Shown piece after piece: positions 1 to 10,591 of a stretch of DNA of 64,000 bases. The stretch is from Limisphaerales bacterium. GTDB taxonomy: Bacteria; Verrucomicrobiota; Verrucomicrobiia; Limisphaerales; JAJOIW01. The stretch covers positions 437,222-501,221 of the forward strand of contig CBFHOE010000003.1 of NCBI GenBank assembly GCA_965657355.1. Direction: 5' to 3'. A program made the position numbers and the translations under genes. Under the pieces are notes generated by a model. That model saw only the letters and a list, made by a program, of their open reading frames with translations. It was not told where the DNA came from and did not search any database. Positions within the stretch are counted from its first letter, which is position 1. Each line of letters begins with the position of its first letter.

Positions 1-775
1 TATAGAGTGAAGAGCCATTATATACCGAGGCATTAAAGGACAGGCTATTGGGATCGGATCGGTACGGTCCAGTAACGGCATAATTTATGCCAATCAAATT
101 CCACGCGTTTCCGAATTTTGAGAATATGCCTCCTCCAGAGTCTCCACTTGATAAAGTACATTCGTTTGGGTTTAAAAAATTGTTGAATCTGCATGCAAAG
201 TTAAAAGCCTCTATTGAATCATGTTTTACGGGGTGATTTGAGGCATTGATGATAGCCGAAATTCGATTTGTTCCCCATCGCATTACTCGGTCAGCTTTAC
301 CCCAGCTCCATCCAATAGATTCAGCATCTGTATCTGATGCAAAAATAGGATCTCCTTTTTGAGTTCCCCTTCCAAATACGACCACCTCGCTTCCAACCCA
401 AGGCAGTGAATCTGCAACTTTGGCAAACATTGAAAGAGGTGCATCGACCTGCCATATGATGAGATCTGTCTTCGGATCCGGATAATACGCAATCGTCTGG
501 TAGTCGACATTTTGGTATCGGAATGTATTTCCAATATGTCCGCCAATATGCTTCGCGGTGATAAAGCAATTTCTGTGAATAGGAATCCCGGTAAAAGCAT
601 TGAAAAAACCATGTAGATCCCAACCTGATCCATTCAATTCGCCCTCAGGCTTCGACGTATTGTGATCTGCTGAATTCTGATTTAAAAAAATAACTGCTGG
701 AATTTGATAATTCTGAAAAGCGACAATGAGAAATAGGGCGACTATCCTATAAAATCTCTTTTTTCTTCCCCACAT
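1..775 (-). CDS. Secreted trypsin-like (S1) serine protease, 3' end runs off window; absent from ORF track
   Basis: Manual translation from ATG at 775 is open to position 1: MWGRKKRFYRIVALFLIVAFQ (signal-like)...FITAKHIG (His)...KTDLIIWQV (Asp)...LSSGDSGGGIF (Ser)...WNLIGIN. Confidence 0.85.
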   Translation of the reverse strand, partial: MWGRKKRFYRIVALFLIVAFQNYQIPAVIFLNQNSADHNTSKPEGELNGSGWDLHGFFNAFTGIPIHRNCFITAKHIGGHIGNTFRYQNVDYQTIAYYPDPKTDLIIWQVDAPLSMFAKVADSLPWVGSEVVVFGRGTQKGDPIFASDTDAESIGWSWGKADRVMRWGTNRISAIINASNHPVKHDSIEAFNFACRFNNFLNPNECTLSSGDSGGGIFSKFGNAWNLIGINYAVTGPYRSDPNSLSFNASVYNGSSLY

Positions 776-825
776 AATATAATCTCTACCCTTTATGTTT
801 TTCCCGCAAGAGAAGCCTACTCATT

Positions 826-853
826 AAAAAAGACCCTCTTGAATAAGGGCCTC
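826..853 (-). terminator. Probable intrinsic terminator downstream of the PQQ-like propeller gene
   Basis: Minus strand GAGGCCCT...AGGGTCTT stem (G-U pairs) followed by T tract. Confidence 0.5.
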
Positions 854-878
854 AGATAGTCTTGGTAAGAAATTTGAT

Positions 879-2198
879 TTATTTGAAGTTGCCAGAAAGA
901 GCTGAAGATGAAAAATCCAGTCTCTTGGCTTGTTTAGTGCTTCTGATATAGACGCTTCCGTCCGATAGTGCTGGAGTCGACCAGCACTTGCCTTTTAGGG
1001 CATTGGTTCGAAAGACTTCGTCATAGCTTTCTGGAGTAGCTCTGATCAAAACAAGTTGGCCCTTATCCCCAAGGGCAATAATGGTCTCATCGGACAAGAT
1101 GACATTTCCCGGCCCAAATCCATCTTCTGACCACATTTCTTTGCCATCGGAGAGGCGTACGCATTTCACCGGTCCTTTTCCATATTTTTTGAAACTAAAC
1201 ATGCCGTAAAGGTAGCCATCTTTTGCCACTGGAGTGCTCCAATGATTCATCAGTCGGTTTCTTTTTCTCCACATATTCTTGGTAGTCCATTCACCTTTAT
1301 TCATTGAAACTTTATAGGCTGCCGCTCCGACTCCATACCCAGCTGAACAATAAACTACATCTTCATACACAACTGGAGAAGCTGCAGTTGAAACATTGAA
1401 ATTAAATTTTTGTCTCCACAATTCTCTTCCATCACCTGGTGACATGCTCACCAAACCAGACCTGACAAAAAATATTATTTGGTCTACCCCATGAATCGAT
1501 GCCTTTACAGGACTAGCATGGGTCATGTCTTCCGTGCCCGACTTCCAAATTTCTTTTCCAGAAATGGCATCTAAGCAAAGGAAAGATTGTTTTTCACCTC
1601 CAGCAGAAATGTAGATTTTACCATCAAAAATAATTGGGCTTGCTGCATTCTGCCACCTCGGAAGTTGAGCTCCGAATTCCTTTTTCAGATCAATATTCCA
1701 AATTTTTTCACCGTTTTCAGGATTAAGTCGGCTCAGATGCATATGCGCCGATAAAGTAATCAAACCACCTTTGTAAAACGAAGGCGTTGTTCTGGGGCCG
1801 TCACCACCGCTATTGTCTCTGCTTCCTGCGTTTCCACCTCCGTCGTATTGGCTTGAGCCAAGAGGTGTTTTCCAAAGTTCTTCTCCTGTGTTTGCGTCTA
1901 AAGCTCGACAGGTTTCTTGTTTTCCATCCCCTAGCTCAAGAGTAAAAAGTTTACCGTCAACAACGCAAAACGAACTGAAACCATTATTTACTTCAGCGCT
2001 CCAACTGGTCGTTGGTTTGCCTTGAAAACCAAATGATTCTGTCGCTATACCATTCTGAGCCGGTCCTCGATATCCAGGCCAGTCGCCCGCTTCTACTTGG
2101 TGGTTAAATGACCCAATAAGTACGCCAACTCCAACTAAACCTGATAAAAAATTATTTATGAATCGTATTTTAGTTTCCATATTTTGACTGCTTTTCAA
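879..2198 (-). CDS. PQQ-like (BamB-like) beta-propeller secreted protein
   Basis: Signal peptide then DWPGYRGP, repeated LDAxTGxExWK blades, GPRTTP, ASPII and WSTP motifs; start may be ATG at 2180. Confidence 0.85.
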   Translation of the reverse strand: MKSSQNMETKIRFINNFLSGLVGVGVLIGSFNHQVEAGDWPGYRGPAQNGIATESFGFQGKPTTSWSAEVNNGFSSFCVVDGKLFTLELGDGKQETCRALDANTGEELWKTPLGSSQYDGGGNAGSRDNSGGDGPRTTPSFYKGGLITLSAHMHLSRLNPENGEKIWNIDLKKEFGAQLPRWQNAASPIIFDGKIYISAGGEKQSFLCLDAISGKEIWKSGTEDMTHASPVKASIHGVDQIIFFVRSGLVSMSPGDGRELWRQKFNFNVSTAASPVVYEDVVYCSAGYGVGAAAYKVSMNKGEWTTKNMWRKRNRLMNHWSTPVAKDGYLYGMFSFKKYGKGPVKCVRLSDGKEMWSEDGFGPGNVILSDETIIALGDKGQLVLIRATPESYDEVFRTNALKGKCWSTPALSDGSVYIRSTKQAKRLDFSSSALSGNFK

Positions 2199-2232
2199 AT
2201 TTTACAATAGATGATTTCCAGAAGGATCGTAT

Positions 2233-3015
2233 TCAAATTTTTAGATTATGACGATCTATGAATTCTTCTGCGAAAACTTCATACGCCGCCGAGCCGGCAC
2301 TGTATGGATCATAGTGAATGACTGGTTTTCCAAAGCTGGGAGCCTCAGCGAGCCTCGTCGTTCTCGGTATCACAGTGTCGTACACTAAATCCTCAAAGTA
2401 TTCTTGAACCTCACTCAGGACTTGTTGGGAAAGTTTTGTTCTCCCATCAAACATGGTCATCAAAATTCCACCGAATTTAAGTTTTGGATTGGCTCCAGAA
2501 TCTTTGATTTGGTCAATCACTTGTTTTATCATCGATATTCCCTCAAGGGCATAGTATTCGCACTGTAGCGGAACGAGCACCTCTTCTGCTGCAACCAATG
2601 CATTCAATGTGAGAAGGCTTAATGACGGGGCGCAATCGATCAGAATCAAATGGTATTTGTTTTCCTCAACAATTGGATCGAGAACTTTTTTTAATTTGAA
2701 GAGGTGGTTTTGAGTTTTTGCCAGCTCTACATCGGCACCACATAGGTCCATTTCACTTGGAATAAGATCTAAATTGCTCAATTCGGTCGGCACGATCATT
2801 TTTTTTAGATCATCCCCATTGAGAATAGCGTCATAGCAACTGGCTCCCTCTTTTTTTTCCAAACCAAAGCCACTGGTGGCATTAGCCTGAGGGTCTAGAT
2901 CTAAGAGGAGAATCTTCCTGTCGTTTTCTGCGAGGCACGCTGCTAGATTGATGGCTGTCGTGGTCTTTCCAACCCCACCTTTTTGATTTGCTACAACTAT
3001 GACCCGAGTTTGCAC
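2233..3015 (-). CDS. parA: ParA/Soj family ATPase
   Basis: NQKGGVGKTTT deviant Walker A, DLDPQANAT, IDCAPSL, PLQCEYYALEG, RLAEAPSFGKP. Confidence 0.95.
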   Translation of the reverse strand: MQTRVIVVANQKGGVGKTTTAINLAACLAENDRKILLLDLDPQANATSGFGLEKKEGASCYDAILNGDDLKKMIVPTELSNLDLIPSEMDLCGADVELAKTQNHLFKLKKVLDPIVEENKYHLILIDCAPSLSLLTLNALVAAEEVLVPLQCEYYALEGISMIKQVIDQIKDSGANPKLKFGGILMTMFDGRTKLSQQVLSEVQEYFEDLVYDTVIPRTTRLAEAPSFGKPVIHYDPYSAGSAAYEVFAEEFIDRHNLKI

Positions 3016-3145
3016 GCCATTATTCTATGGGATGTCTCTGATTTTGTCACAAATCTTTCTTCAGGAAATTATGAAGATTTGGGAAATTTCCGAGTTTAGA
3101 TTGATTGGATTGAGGTGATGCGTGATGATGACTATTGAAAAATAA

Positions 3146-4801
3146 ATGAGTGAAGTTCTTGTCATAGGTCATAGAAATCCAGATACGGATGCGATTTGCT
3201 CAGCCATTGGGTATGCCGAATATAAGCGGTTGACTGGCGAGCCAGGCGCCACGCCAGCGAGGTGTGGTGAAACAAATCCCAGAATCGATTACGTTCTGAA
3301 TAAATTTGGGCAACCAAAACCGAGTTATTTCTCTGATGTTTACCCTAAAATAAAGGACGTCATGCAAAAAAATGTGGTAGCCATCCCTCCCAGCGGCACC
3401 ATTTCTGAAGCCATAGAAATGATGGATCAGAAAAATATTAGGGTGCTTCCAATTGTTGAGCACGGGCATAGCTGTAAGGGACTCGTTTCCATTTTCAAAG
3501 CAAGCCGATATTTTTTTCCTTCTAAAAAACGGATACTTGACACCAGAAGGATTAAAGCTTCTATCCCAAATCTTCTCAAAACTCTTTCTGCGGAGCTTTT
3601 GAGTGGTCATTGTGACCAAGAGGAACTCAGCTTGGTCCTCATGGTCGGGGCCTTTGCTGCCGAAGAGTTCCAAAACCGACTTGAACAATATATCAAAGAT
3701 GACCTGGCTGTTTTGGTAGGCAACAGACCTGATATCCAGCAAATGGCCATTAAAGCTCATGTGAGAGTCCTGATAGTTACAGGTGGATTCCGGTTGAACG
3801 AAGAAACTTTGGAATTGGTAAAGAATTCTGAGACTCTTGTGATTTATTCTCCGCATGAGACGGCCACCACATCGCACCTGTGCCGAACGGCGATTGAAGT
3901 GCAGAACGTCATGGAGGAGGATTATCTCAGTTTTAGAGAGCTTGAGAGAATTTCCAATTGTCAAAAGCTGGCTGCTAATTCTTCACATACTGCTTTTCCT
4001 GTTTTAGATACCGAGGACCGGATAGTTGGCATACTAGCCAAATCCGATTTTATTAAGAAAAAAACAAGAAAACTCATACTGGTGGACCACAATGAATTAT
4101 CTCAGGCCGTACCTGGAGCCGAAGAGAATGAAATTATAGAAATTGTTGATCACCACCGAATCGGCTCCTTATCAACAAATCAGCCCATTTTATTCCGTAA
4201 CGAACCTGTTGGCAGCACCTCGACTATTGTTTCAGAATTGTTTCTGAGTAATGCGATAACTATAAAACCATCTATCGCAGGAATACTTCTGGCGGGATTG
4301 GTTACTGATACATTAAACCTGACGTCCCCGACAACCTCTGCCAGAGACGTACGAATTCTGAGAAAATTGGAGGAGATTGCGAACGTCGATGCGACTCAAT
4401 TTACCGAGCATCTTTTCTCAAGTGGTTCCATACTGACATTAAAAGATCCAGAGGAGGCTATTCACGTCGACTGTAAGGAATATACAGAAGGTGATCTTAC
4501 ATTCTCCGTAGCGCAGATTGAAGAGCTTGGATTCAGTAATTTCAAGGCCAAGAAAAATGATCTGGTACAGTCATTAGAGGCTTACCGGAAAATGAATCAT
4601 TATTTTTTTAGCGCACTTCTTGTGACTGATGTGGTGAAACACACTTCAATGTTATTGGTCTCAGGGCCACCAGAATTTATTCAGAACATAACATATCCCC
4701 ACGTTGAAGATACGATCTTTGAATTAAAAAATGTGGTTTCGAGGAAGAAACAACTCCTTCCTTACCTCACTGAAATACTTCACGCTACCCAAACTTCGTA
4801 A
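3146..4801 (+). CDS. ppaC: Mn-dependent family II inorganic pyrophosphatase with CBS-DRTGG-CBS insert
   Basis: GHRNPDTDAICSA, LVDHNE, IVDHHR, EPVGSTST, VVSRKKQLLP; ~250 aa insert with CBS pair and DRTGG-like GNRPD/VTGG. Confidence 0.93.
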   Translation: MSEVLVIGHRNPDTDAICSAIGYAEYKRLTGEPGATPARCGETNPRIDYVLNKFGQPKPSYFSDVYPKIKDVMQKNVVAIPPSGTISEAIEMMDQKNIRVLPIVEHGHSCKGLVSIFKASRYFFPSKKRILDTRRIKASIPNLLKTLSAELLSGHCDQEELSLVLMVGAFAAEEFQNRLEQYIKDDLAVLVGNRPDIQQMAIKAHVRVLIVTGGFRLNEETLELVKNSETLVIYSPHETATTSHLCRTAIEVQNVMEEDYLSFRELERISNCQKLAANSSHTAFPVLDTEDRIVGILAKSDFIKKKTRKLILVDHNELSQAVPGAEENEIIEIVDHHRIGSLSTNQPILFRNEPVGSTSTIVSELFLSNAITIKPSIAGILLAGLVTDTLNLTSPTTSARDVRILRKLEEIANVDATQFTEHLFSSGSILTLKDPEEAIHVDCKEYTEGDLTFSVAQIEELGFSNFKAKKNDLVQSLEAYRKMNHYFFSALLVTDVVKHTSMLLVSGPPEFIQNITYPHVEDTIFELKNVVSRKKQLLPYLTEILHATQTS

Positions 4802-4807
4802 ATACAA

Positions 4808-6040
4808 ATGGTTAATACTCAGGGATCAACCCAACGATCATTACCACAATTCGTCGATATATTTAATAATATAAATTTTGGACACCTCAACGAATTGGTA
4901 TCTGTAGCAACGGAAAATGACATACAGCGTATTCTGGACAAACGCGTTCTTAATTTTGAGGACTTCGCCATGCTCCTTTCCGATGCAGCCACAAATAAAT
5001 TAGAACTTTTATGCCAGAGATCTTCATTGCTTACCCAACAAAGATTTGGAAAAGTCATCCGTCTTTTTGCCCCCCTATATGTCTCAAATGAGTGTATCAA
5101 CAATTGTCAATACTGTGGATTTAGTAGAGATAATAATATTCTCAGACTAACTCTTTCTATTGATGATGTTATTAAAGAGGCCAAGGACTTGTATCAAAAA
5201 GGATTCAGAAACATACTACTGGTCGCGGGAGAGCATCCAAAATACGTTTCTAACGGTTACATGAATGAGTGTATAAAAGCCATTAGAGATTTTATTCCAA
5301 CTATCGGGCTTGAAATCGGACCAATGGAGTCCGTTGATTATCAACCCCTCGTTAAAGAAGGAGCAGAGGGGCTCGTTGTCTATCAAGAAACTTATGATAG
5401 GTCCGTGTATTCAAATATGCATACCGCAGGCCCTAAAAAAGATTTTGATTGGAGATTAGAAACTCCCGAGCGGGCATATCAAGCTGGATTTCGCAGGATA
5501 GGGATTGGTGCTCTTTTTGGCTTGGCCGATTGGAGATATGAGGCCATGGCACTTGCTAGCCATGCGCAATTCCTAACCAGAAAATGTTGGAAGTCCAGTT
5601 TTACAGTTTCATTTCCCAGGCTTCGCCCATGCGCTGGAGAGTTTCAGCCGCTCACCGAATTATCGGATAGGCATTTAGTCCAATTGGTTGCAGCTTTTAG
5701 ATTATTGTTACCTGATATTGGAATTGTGCTTTCAACTCGAGAGCCCTCAATTTTGCGAGATGGTCTTCTCCCTTTGGGGATTACCCATGCCAGCGCCGGT
5801 AGTCACACTGAACCCGGTGGATACACGGGCGCTGGAAAGCAAGATTTACACCACACATTGCGTGGGAGAAGAGTAGAAGCTGATCTTGGGTCTGTAGACG
5901 AAAATTCTGCAACGGGACAATTTGATATTTCAGATAATCGTTCGCCAGAGCAAGTGGCATCATTTTTACATTCCATTGGATATGAACCTGTATGGAAAGA
6001 TTGGGACCTTGGGCTTTGTCCCGCTAATAAAACAATTTAA
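4808..6040 (+). CDS. thiH: 2-iminoacetate synthase (radical SAM tyrosine lyase)
   Basis: FAPLYVSNECINNCQYCGF (CxxxCxxC), YQETY, SFPRLRP, STRE, SAGSHTEPGGY, QFDISDNRS, PVWKDWD. Confidence 0.93.
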   Translation: MVNTQGSTQRSLPQFVDIFNNINFGHLNELVSVATENDIQRILDKRVLNFEDFAMLLSDAATNKLELLCQRSSLLTQQRFGKVIRLFAPLYVSNECINNCQYCGFSRDNNILRLTLSIDDVIKEAKDLYQKGFRNILLVAGEHPKYVSNGYMNECIKAIRDFIPTIGLEIGPMESVDYQPLVKEGAEGLVVYQETYDRSVYSNMHTAGPKKDFDWRLETPERAYQAGFRRIGIGALFGLADWRYEAMALASHAQFLTRKCWKSSFTVSFPRLRPCAGEFQPLTELSDRHLVQLVAAFRLLLPDIGIVLSTREPSILRDGLLPLGITHASAGSHTEPGGYTGAGKQDLHHTLRGRRVEADLGSVDENSATGQFDISDNRSPEQVASFLHSIGYEPVWKDWDLGLCPANKTI

Positions 6041-6045
6041 TTTTC

Positions 6046-6486
6046 ATGAACGTTGAAATACTTACAATTTGTGATGCTGCCACGACGACTCCTGGCGGAA
6101 AACTAAACATACTCGGGGCATTTGATGTTTTAAACGTTAATAAATTTCCTGCAGCCCATCCTCAATGTGCCATTGCAATGAGGATACGTTTTTCCAGAAT
6201 TGAAGAAGGAAAGCACAAAGTTGTTTTATCCTTTGTTGATGATGATGGAAAAAGAGTTATGCCTGATATTCAAGGCGAAATGATTGTTGGAAGTGCAGGT
6301 GACGAGCCTTCGGTTGTCACGAACCTGGTTATAAATATTCACCAGCTAAAACTCCCTAAGCCTGGGCATTATTCCGTTGATTTAGCCATTGACTCTCGTC
6401 ATGAAATTTCACTTCCGTTGTTCGTTCGTGATACTTCTCAAAATGTTTCAAATGGGAGCGATAGTGATGGGAATGGAAAAAATTGA
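6046..6486 (+). CDS. Conserved hypothetical beta-rich protein (DUF6941-like)
   Basis: CDAA...GKLNILGAFD and PGHYSV motifs; 5 nt after thiH. Confidence 0.7.
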   Translation: MNVEILTICDAATTTPGGKLNILGAFDVLNVNKFPAAHPQCAIAMRIRFSRIEEGKHKVVLSFVDDDGKRVMPDIQGEMIVGSAGDEPSVVTNLVINIHQLKLPKPGHYSVDLAIDSRHEISLPLFVRDTSQNVSNGSDSDGNGKN

Positions 6487-6518
6487 CAATTTTTATCATA
6501 AAATTTAGGCCCCTCTAA

Positions 6519-7454
6519 GTGATTGCTTTCGTTGCTTTATTCTTTGCTATGCTGTTTTGGGGAACCTCTTTCGCCATCACAAAGGAAGCAGTAGAGAATT
6601 TAGACCCTATATTTGTCATGTTTGTGAGGTTAGCGGTAGCCTCACTGTTTTTTATTTTATGGTCCCCACTCTGGGACTGGAAAAAAATCCGAAGCTCTCT
6701 TAATCCAGGTGATAAAATTCTGATTGCGTTTTTGGTATTGAGCGAGCCTTGCTTGTATTTTTTATGTGAGACGTATGCTCTGAAATTCACCACCGCAAGT
6801 GCCGCTGGCGTTATCACTGGGCTTTTTCCGCTTACAATAGCCGCGGGTGCATGGGTTTTCTTTCAGATCAAATCCTCGGTAATGTTTTGGCTTGGCTGTC
6901 TTTTGGCCGTTGCTGGTGTTACGTTTCTGACTATAGTGAGTCATGCACATGAAGTTGCGCCGAAGCCAGTGATTGGGAATACTTTAATGCTATGCGCTGT
7001 GGCACTTGGGACGGCTTATACTTTGCTCGCCTCGAAATTATCTTCACGAATAAATCCAATTTTCCTTACAGCCCTCCAAGCTTGGGGGGGGGCAATCTTT
7101 TATTTAATTCTCTGTTTTATACCAGTTGGAAGAATCGATGGATTAGCTTATTCAGACGTCGTGTCTTTTGGTCATTGGCCTGATGGGGTTACTCAAAAAG
7201 AGATGGTCCGTTTGGTTTATTTAGGAATTTTTGTGTCGGCAGGCTCGTATGGCTTGTACATTTTTGCAGTTTCTCAATTGTCCCCGACTACAATTGCCAT
7301 ATTAATAAATTTTATCCCCATACTCGCGGTTGTCTTTGCCGTTTACTATCTTGGTGAAAGTTTGTCACTTTTACAGGTTTTAGCGATAGTTACCGTTTTG
7401 ATCGGTATTTTTGTTGCTTCATTTTCCAAAAGAAAAACATCAGGGCACGGCTGA
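6519..7454 (+). CDS. DMT/EamA family transporter
   Basis: About 10 hydrophobic helices in two repeats; FWGTSF and TTASAAG motifs. Confidence 0.9.
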   Translation: MIAFVALFFAMLFWGTSFAITKEAVENLDPIFVMFVRLAVASLFFILWSPLWDWKKIRSSLNPGDKILIAFLVLSEPCLYFLCETYALKFTTASAAGVITGLFPLTIAAGAWVFFQIKSSVMFWLGCLLAVAGVTFLTIVSHAHEVAPKPVIGNTLMLCAVALGTAYTLLASKLSSRINPIFLTALQAWGGAIFYLILCFIPVGRIDGLAYSDVVSFGHWPDGVTQKEMVRLVYLGIFVSAGSYGLYIFAVSQLSPTTIAILINFIPILAVVFAVYYLGESLSLLQVLAIVTVLIGIFVASFSKRKTSGHG

Positions 7455-7876
7455 GTCACAAGGTAGCGCACACGCAAGGAATTGCTGGCGCGACGGCAGC
7501 CACATATCTATACACAATGGCATTCTGTTAACTGGATCGCTGCCTCGCTTTCTATGAGAGACTTAATACAAATTCCCACTTGAGTCATCATTGCTCAGGA
7601 TAATCTCGGTTTTATATGTTTTCACTCCCCGCATTATTGTGTTGGGTTCAAGTTTGTGGTCGTGCCCACCTTTGGCTAATGAGCGAATTATTGTACTGCA
7701 ATTTGGGTTCCCATTTACAAGGGCTATTTTAACTCTGAACCAAATAGCTTAAGGTATTTGATTTCCATGAAATTTTGCGACCAATCAGTATCAAAGTGGG
7801 GGATATTAATAAAAACACCTCATGGTTGATCTTTCCCCATCATAAAACCACACACGTGATTTGTGGGGTAAAGCCT

Positions 7877-7904
7877 AAAAAAAGAGGGCACTAAAGGTGC
7901 CCTC
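7877..7904 (-). terminator. Intrinsic terminator of the HAD gene
   Basis: Perfect 8 bp stem GAGGGCAC/GTGCCCTC, then 7 T on the minus strand. Confidence 0.85.
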
Positions 7905-7935
7905 ATCCCAGTTTAAAATGAGTAATTTTATTCCT

Positions 7936-8823
<888 letters not shown>

Positions 8824-8871
8824 GTTCTCTTTTTTAAGTTCTTTGTGATGGTTAGTCTGGTGGAAATCAGA

Positions 8872-8897
8872 AACCCCTCCATTTTTTTGGAGGGGTT
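8872..8897 (-). terminator. Stem-loop between gnd and the HAD gene
   Basis: AACCCCTCCA/TGGAGGGGTT inverted repeat; only a short T tract. Confidence 0.55.
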
Positions 8898-8919
8898 GTG
8901 TAAAAATTATCAGCTATGA

Positions 8920-10374
8920 TTAAGCGTTGTAAGTCGATGAGGAAACATCTCCTCCTCTGCCTGTCCAATTGGTGTGGAAGAATTCACCTCTCGGCTGGTC
9001 TAACCTTTCATAGGTATGAGCTCCGAAATAATCGCGCTGAGCCTGCAATAGGTTTGCTGGAAGTTTTTCAGTTCTGTAGCTGTCGTAAAAAGCAAGCGCT
9101 GATGCGAATGCCGGACATGGAATTCCTTTTTTTGCGGCTGTCGCAACGACGTTTCTCCAACCTTTTTGATTTACCCTAACTTCTCTTTTGAAGAAAGTGT
9201 CGAGGAGAAGATTGGGTAGCTTAGGTTTTTTGGTGTAGGCTTCTTTGATTTTACCGAGAAATCTGCTTCGGATGATACATCCACCTCTCCACATAAGAGC
9301 AATATTTCCGTAATTTAGCTTCCAACCGTATTCTTTTGCTGCTGCTCTCAAAAGCATGAAGCCTTGAGCGTAAGATACGATTTTGGATGCATAAAGGGCT
9401 TCTTTGATTTGAACGATGAATTTAGCTTTGTCGCTTGTTATAGACGGCTTAGGGCCTCTTAGTTTTGTGGAAGCATTGACACGCTCTTCTTTGAGGGCAG
9501 AGACACATCTCGAGTAAACTGCTTCGGCAATCAAACTGACAGGCATACCCATCTCCTGGCTGGCGATAACGGTCCATTTTCCAGTCCCTTTTTGACCTGC
9601 TGTATCCAAAATCTTATCAACCAGTCCTTCATTATTTTCATCTTTGTAGCCGAGGATATCTCTGGTGATTTCAATCAGATAGGAATCCAGTTCTCCTTTG
9701 TTCCAATCATCAAACACATCGCGCATTTCGTCATTAGACATACCCAGGCCATCGCGCATTAAATGGTATGCTTCACAAATCAACTGCATGTCTCCGTATT
9801 CGATTCCGTTGTGAACCATTTTGACGAAATGGCCGGCTCCATCCTTTCCAACCCAGTCGCAGCATGGTGAATCATCTTCTACTTTTGCGGAAATACTTTG
9901 GAAGATATCTTTAACGTATGGCCAAGCTTCTTGAGAGCCTCCAGGCATGATACTAGGTCCAGTGCGGGCCCCTTCCTCTCCACCAGAAACACCTGTGCCT
10001 ATGAAAAAGAATCCCTTTTTCTCAAGGTATTTTGTTCTTCGAATGCTATCCCCGTAAAGCGAGTTTCCGCCGTCTATAATGATATCGCCCGGCTCTAAAT
10101 AAGGGATGACTTGTTCGATGAAGTCGTCAACGGCTTGCCCTGCTTTGACTAGCATCATGACACGACGAGGTCGCTTCAGCTGGGAAACCATTTCTGGGAT
10201 ACTTTTGGCGCCGATGACTTTAGTCCCGCGAGCTTCGCGAGCCAAGAATCTGTCCACTTTTTCAACTGTCCGGTTGTAAACAACAACGGTATATCCATGG
10301 TCGTCCATGTTCAGAACAAGGTTCTGTCCCATGACCGCCAGGCCTATCAATGCAATGTCAGCTTTCGGTTCCAT
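8920..10374 (-). CDS. gnd: 6-phosphogluconate dehydrogenase, NADP-dependent, decarboxylating
   Basis: GLAVMGQNL, GVSGGEEGA, HFVKMVHNGIEYGDMQLI, GQKGTGKWT, QAQRDYFGAHTYER. Confidence 0.98.
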   Translation of the reverse strand: MEPKADIALIGLAVMGQNLVLNMDDHGYTVVVYNRTVEKVDRFLAREARGTKVIGAKSIPEMVSQLKRPRRVMMLVKAGQAVDDFIEQVIPYLEPGDIIIDGGNSLYGDSIRRTKYLEKKGFFFIGTGVSGGEEGARTGPSIMPGGSQEAWPYVKDIFQSISAKVEDDSPCCDWVGKDGAGHFVKMVHNGIEYGDMQLICEAYHLMRDGLGMSNDEMRDVFDDWNKGELDSYLIEITRDILGYKDENNEGLVDKILDTAGQKGTGKWTVIASQEMGMPVSLIAEAVYSRCVSALKEERVNASTKLRGPKPSITSDKAKFIVQIKEALYASKIVSYAQGFMLLRAAAKEYGWKLNYGNIALMWRGGCIIRSRFLGKIKEAYTKKPKLPNLLLDTFFKREVRVNQKGWRNVVATAAKKGIPCPAFASALAFYDSYRTEKLPANLLQAQRDYFGAHTYERLDQPRGEFFHTNWTGRGGDVSSSTYNA

Positions 10375-10591
10375 TAAAAATTCTCAAATTCCTAAAAAGG
10401 ACATCAAAATTAACTAAATCTCTGTCAGTTTCCAGTAGTTTTTGTAGTTTTTTCCCTGATTAGGCCCAAATCCTTTTATTTATGACTTAATTGTAAACTT
10501 AATTTAACTCTTAAATGAAATTGGAATATCCCCAAAATTCGTAACTCTGGTTGGTTTGACTAAATAAAGATTAGGTTATAATTATTATTCA

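Noticed and set aside
283..633. ORF-track entries 283..633 and 321..623
   Set aside because: They are alternative frames overlapping the serine protease frame
7455..7870. Possible gene relic (minus-strand fragments such as INIPHFDTDWSQNF) in a 480 bp gap
   Set aside because: Many stops and no recognisable family; cannot be distinguished from non-coding DNA by eye
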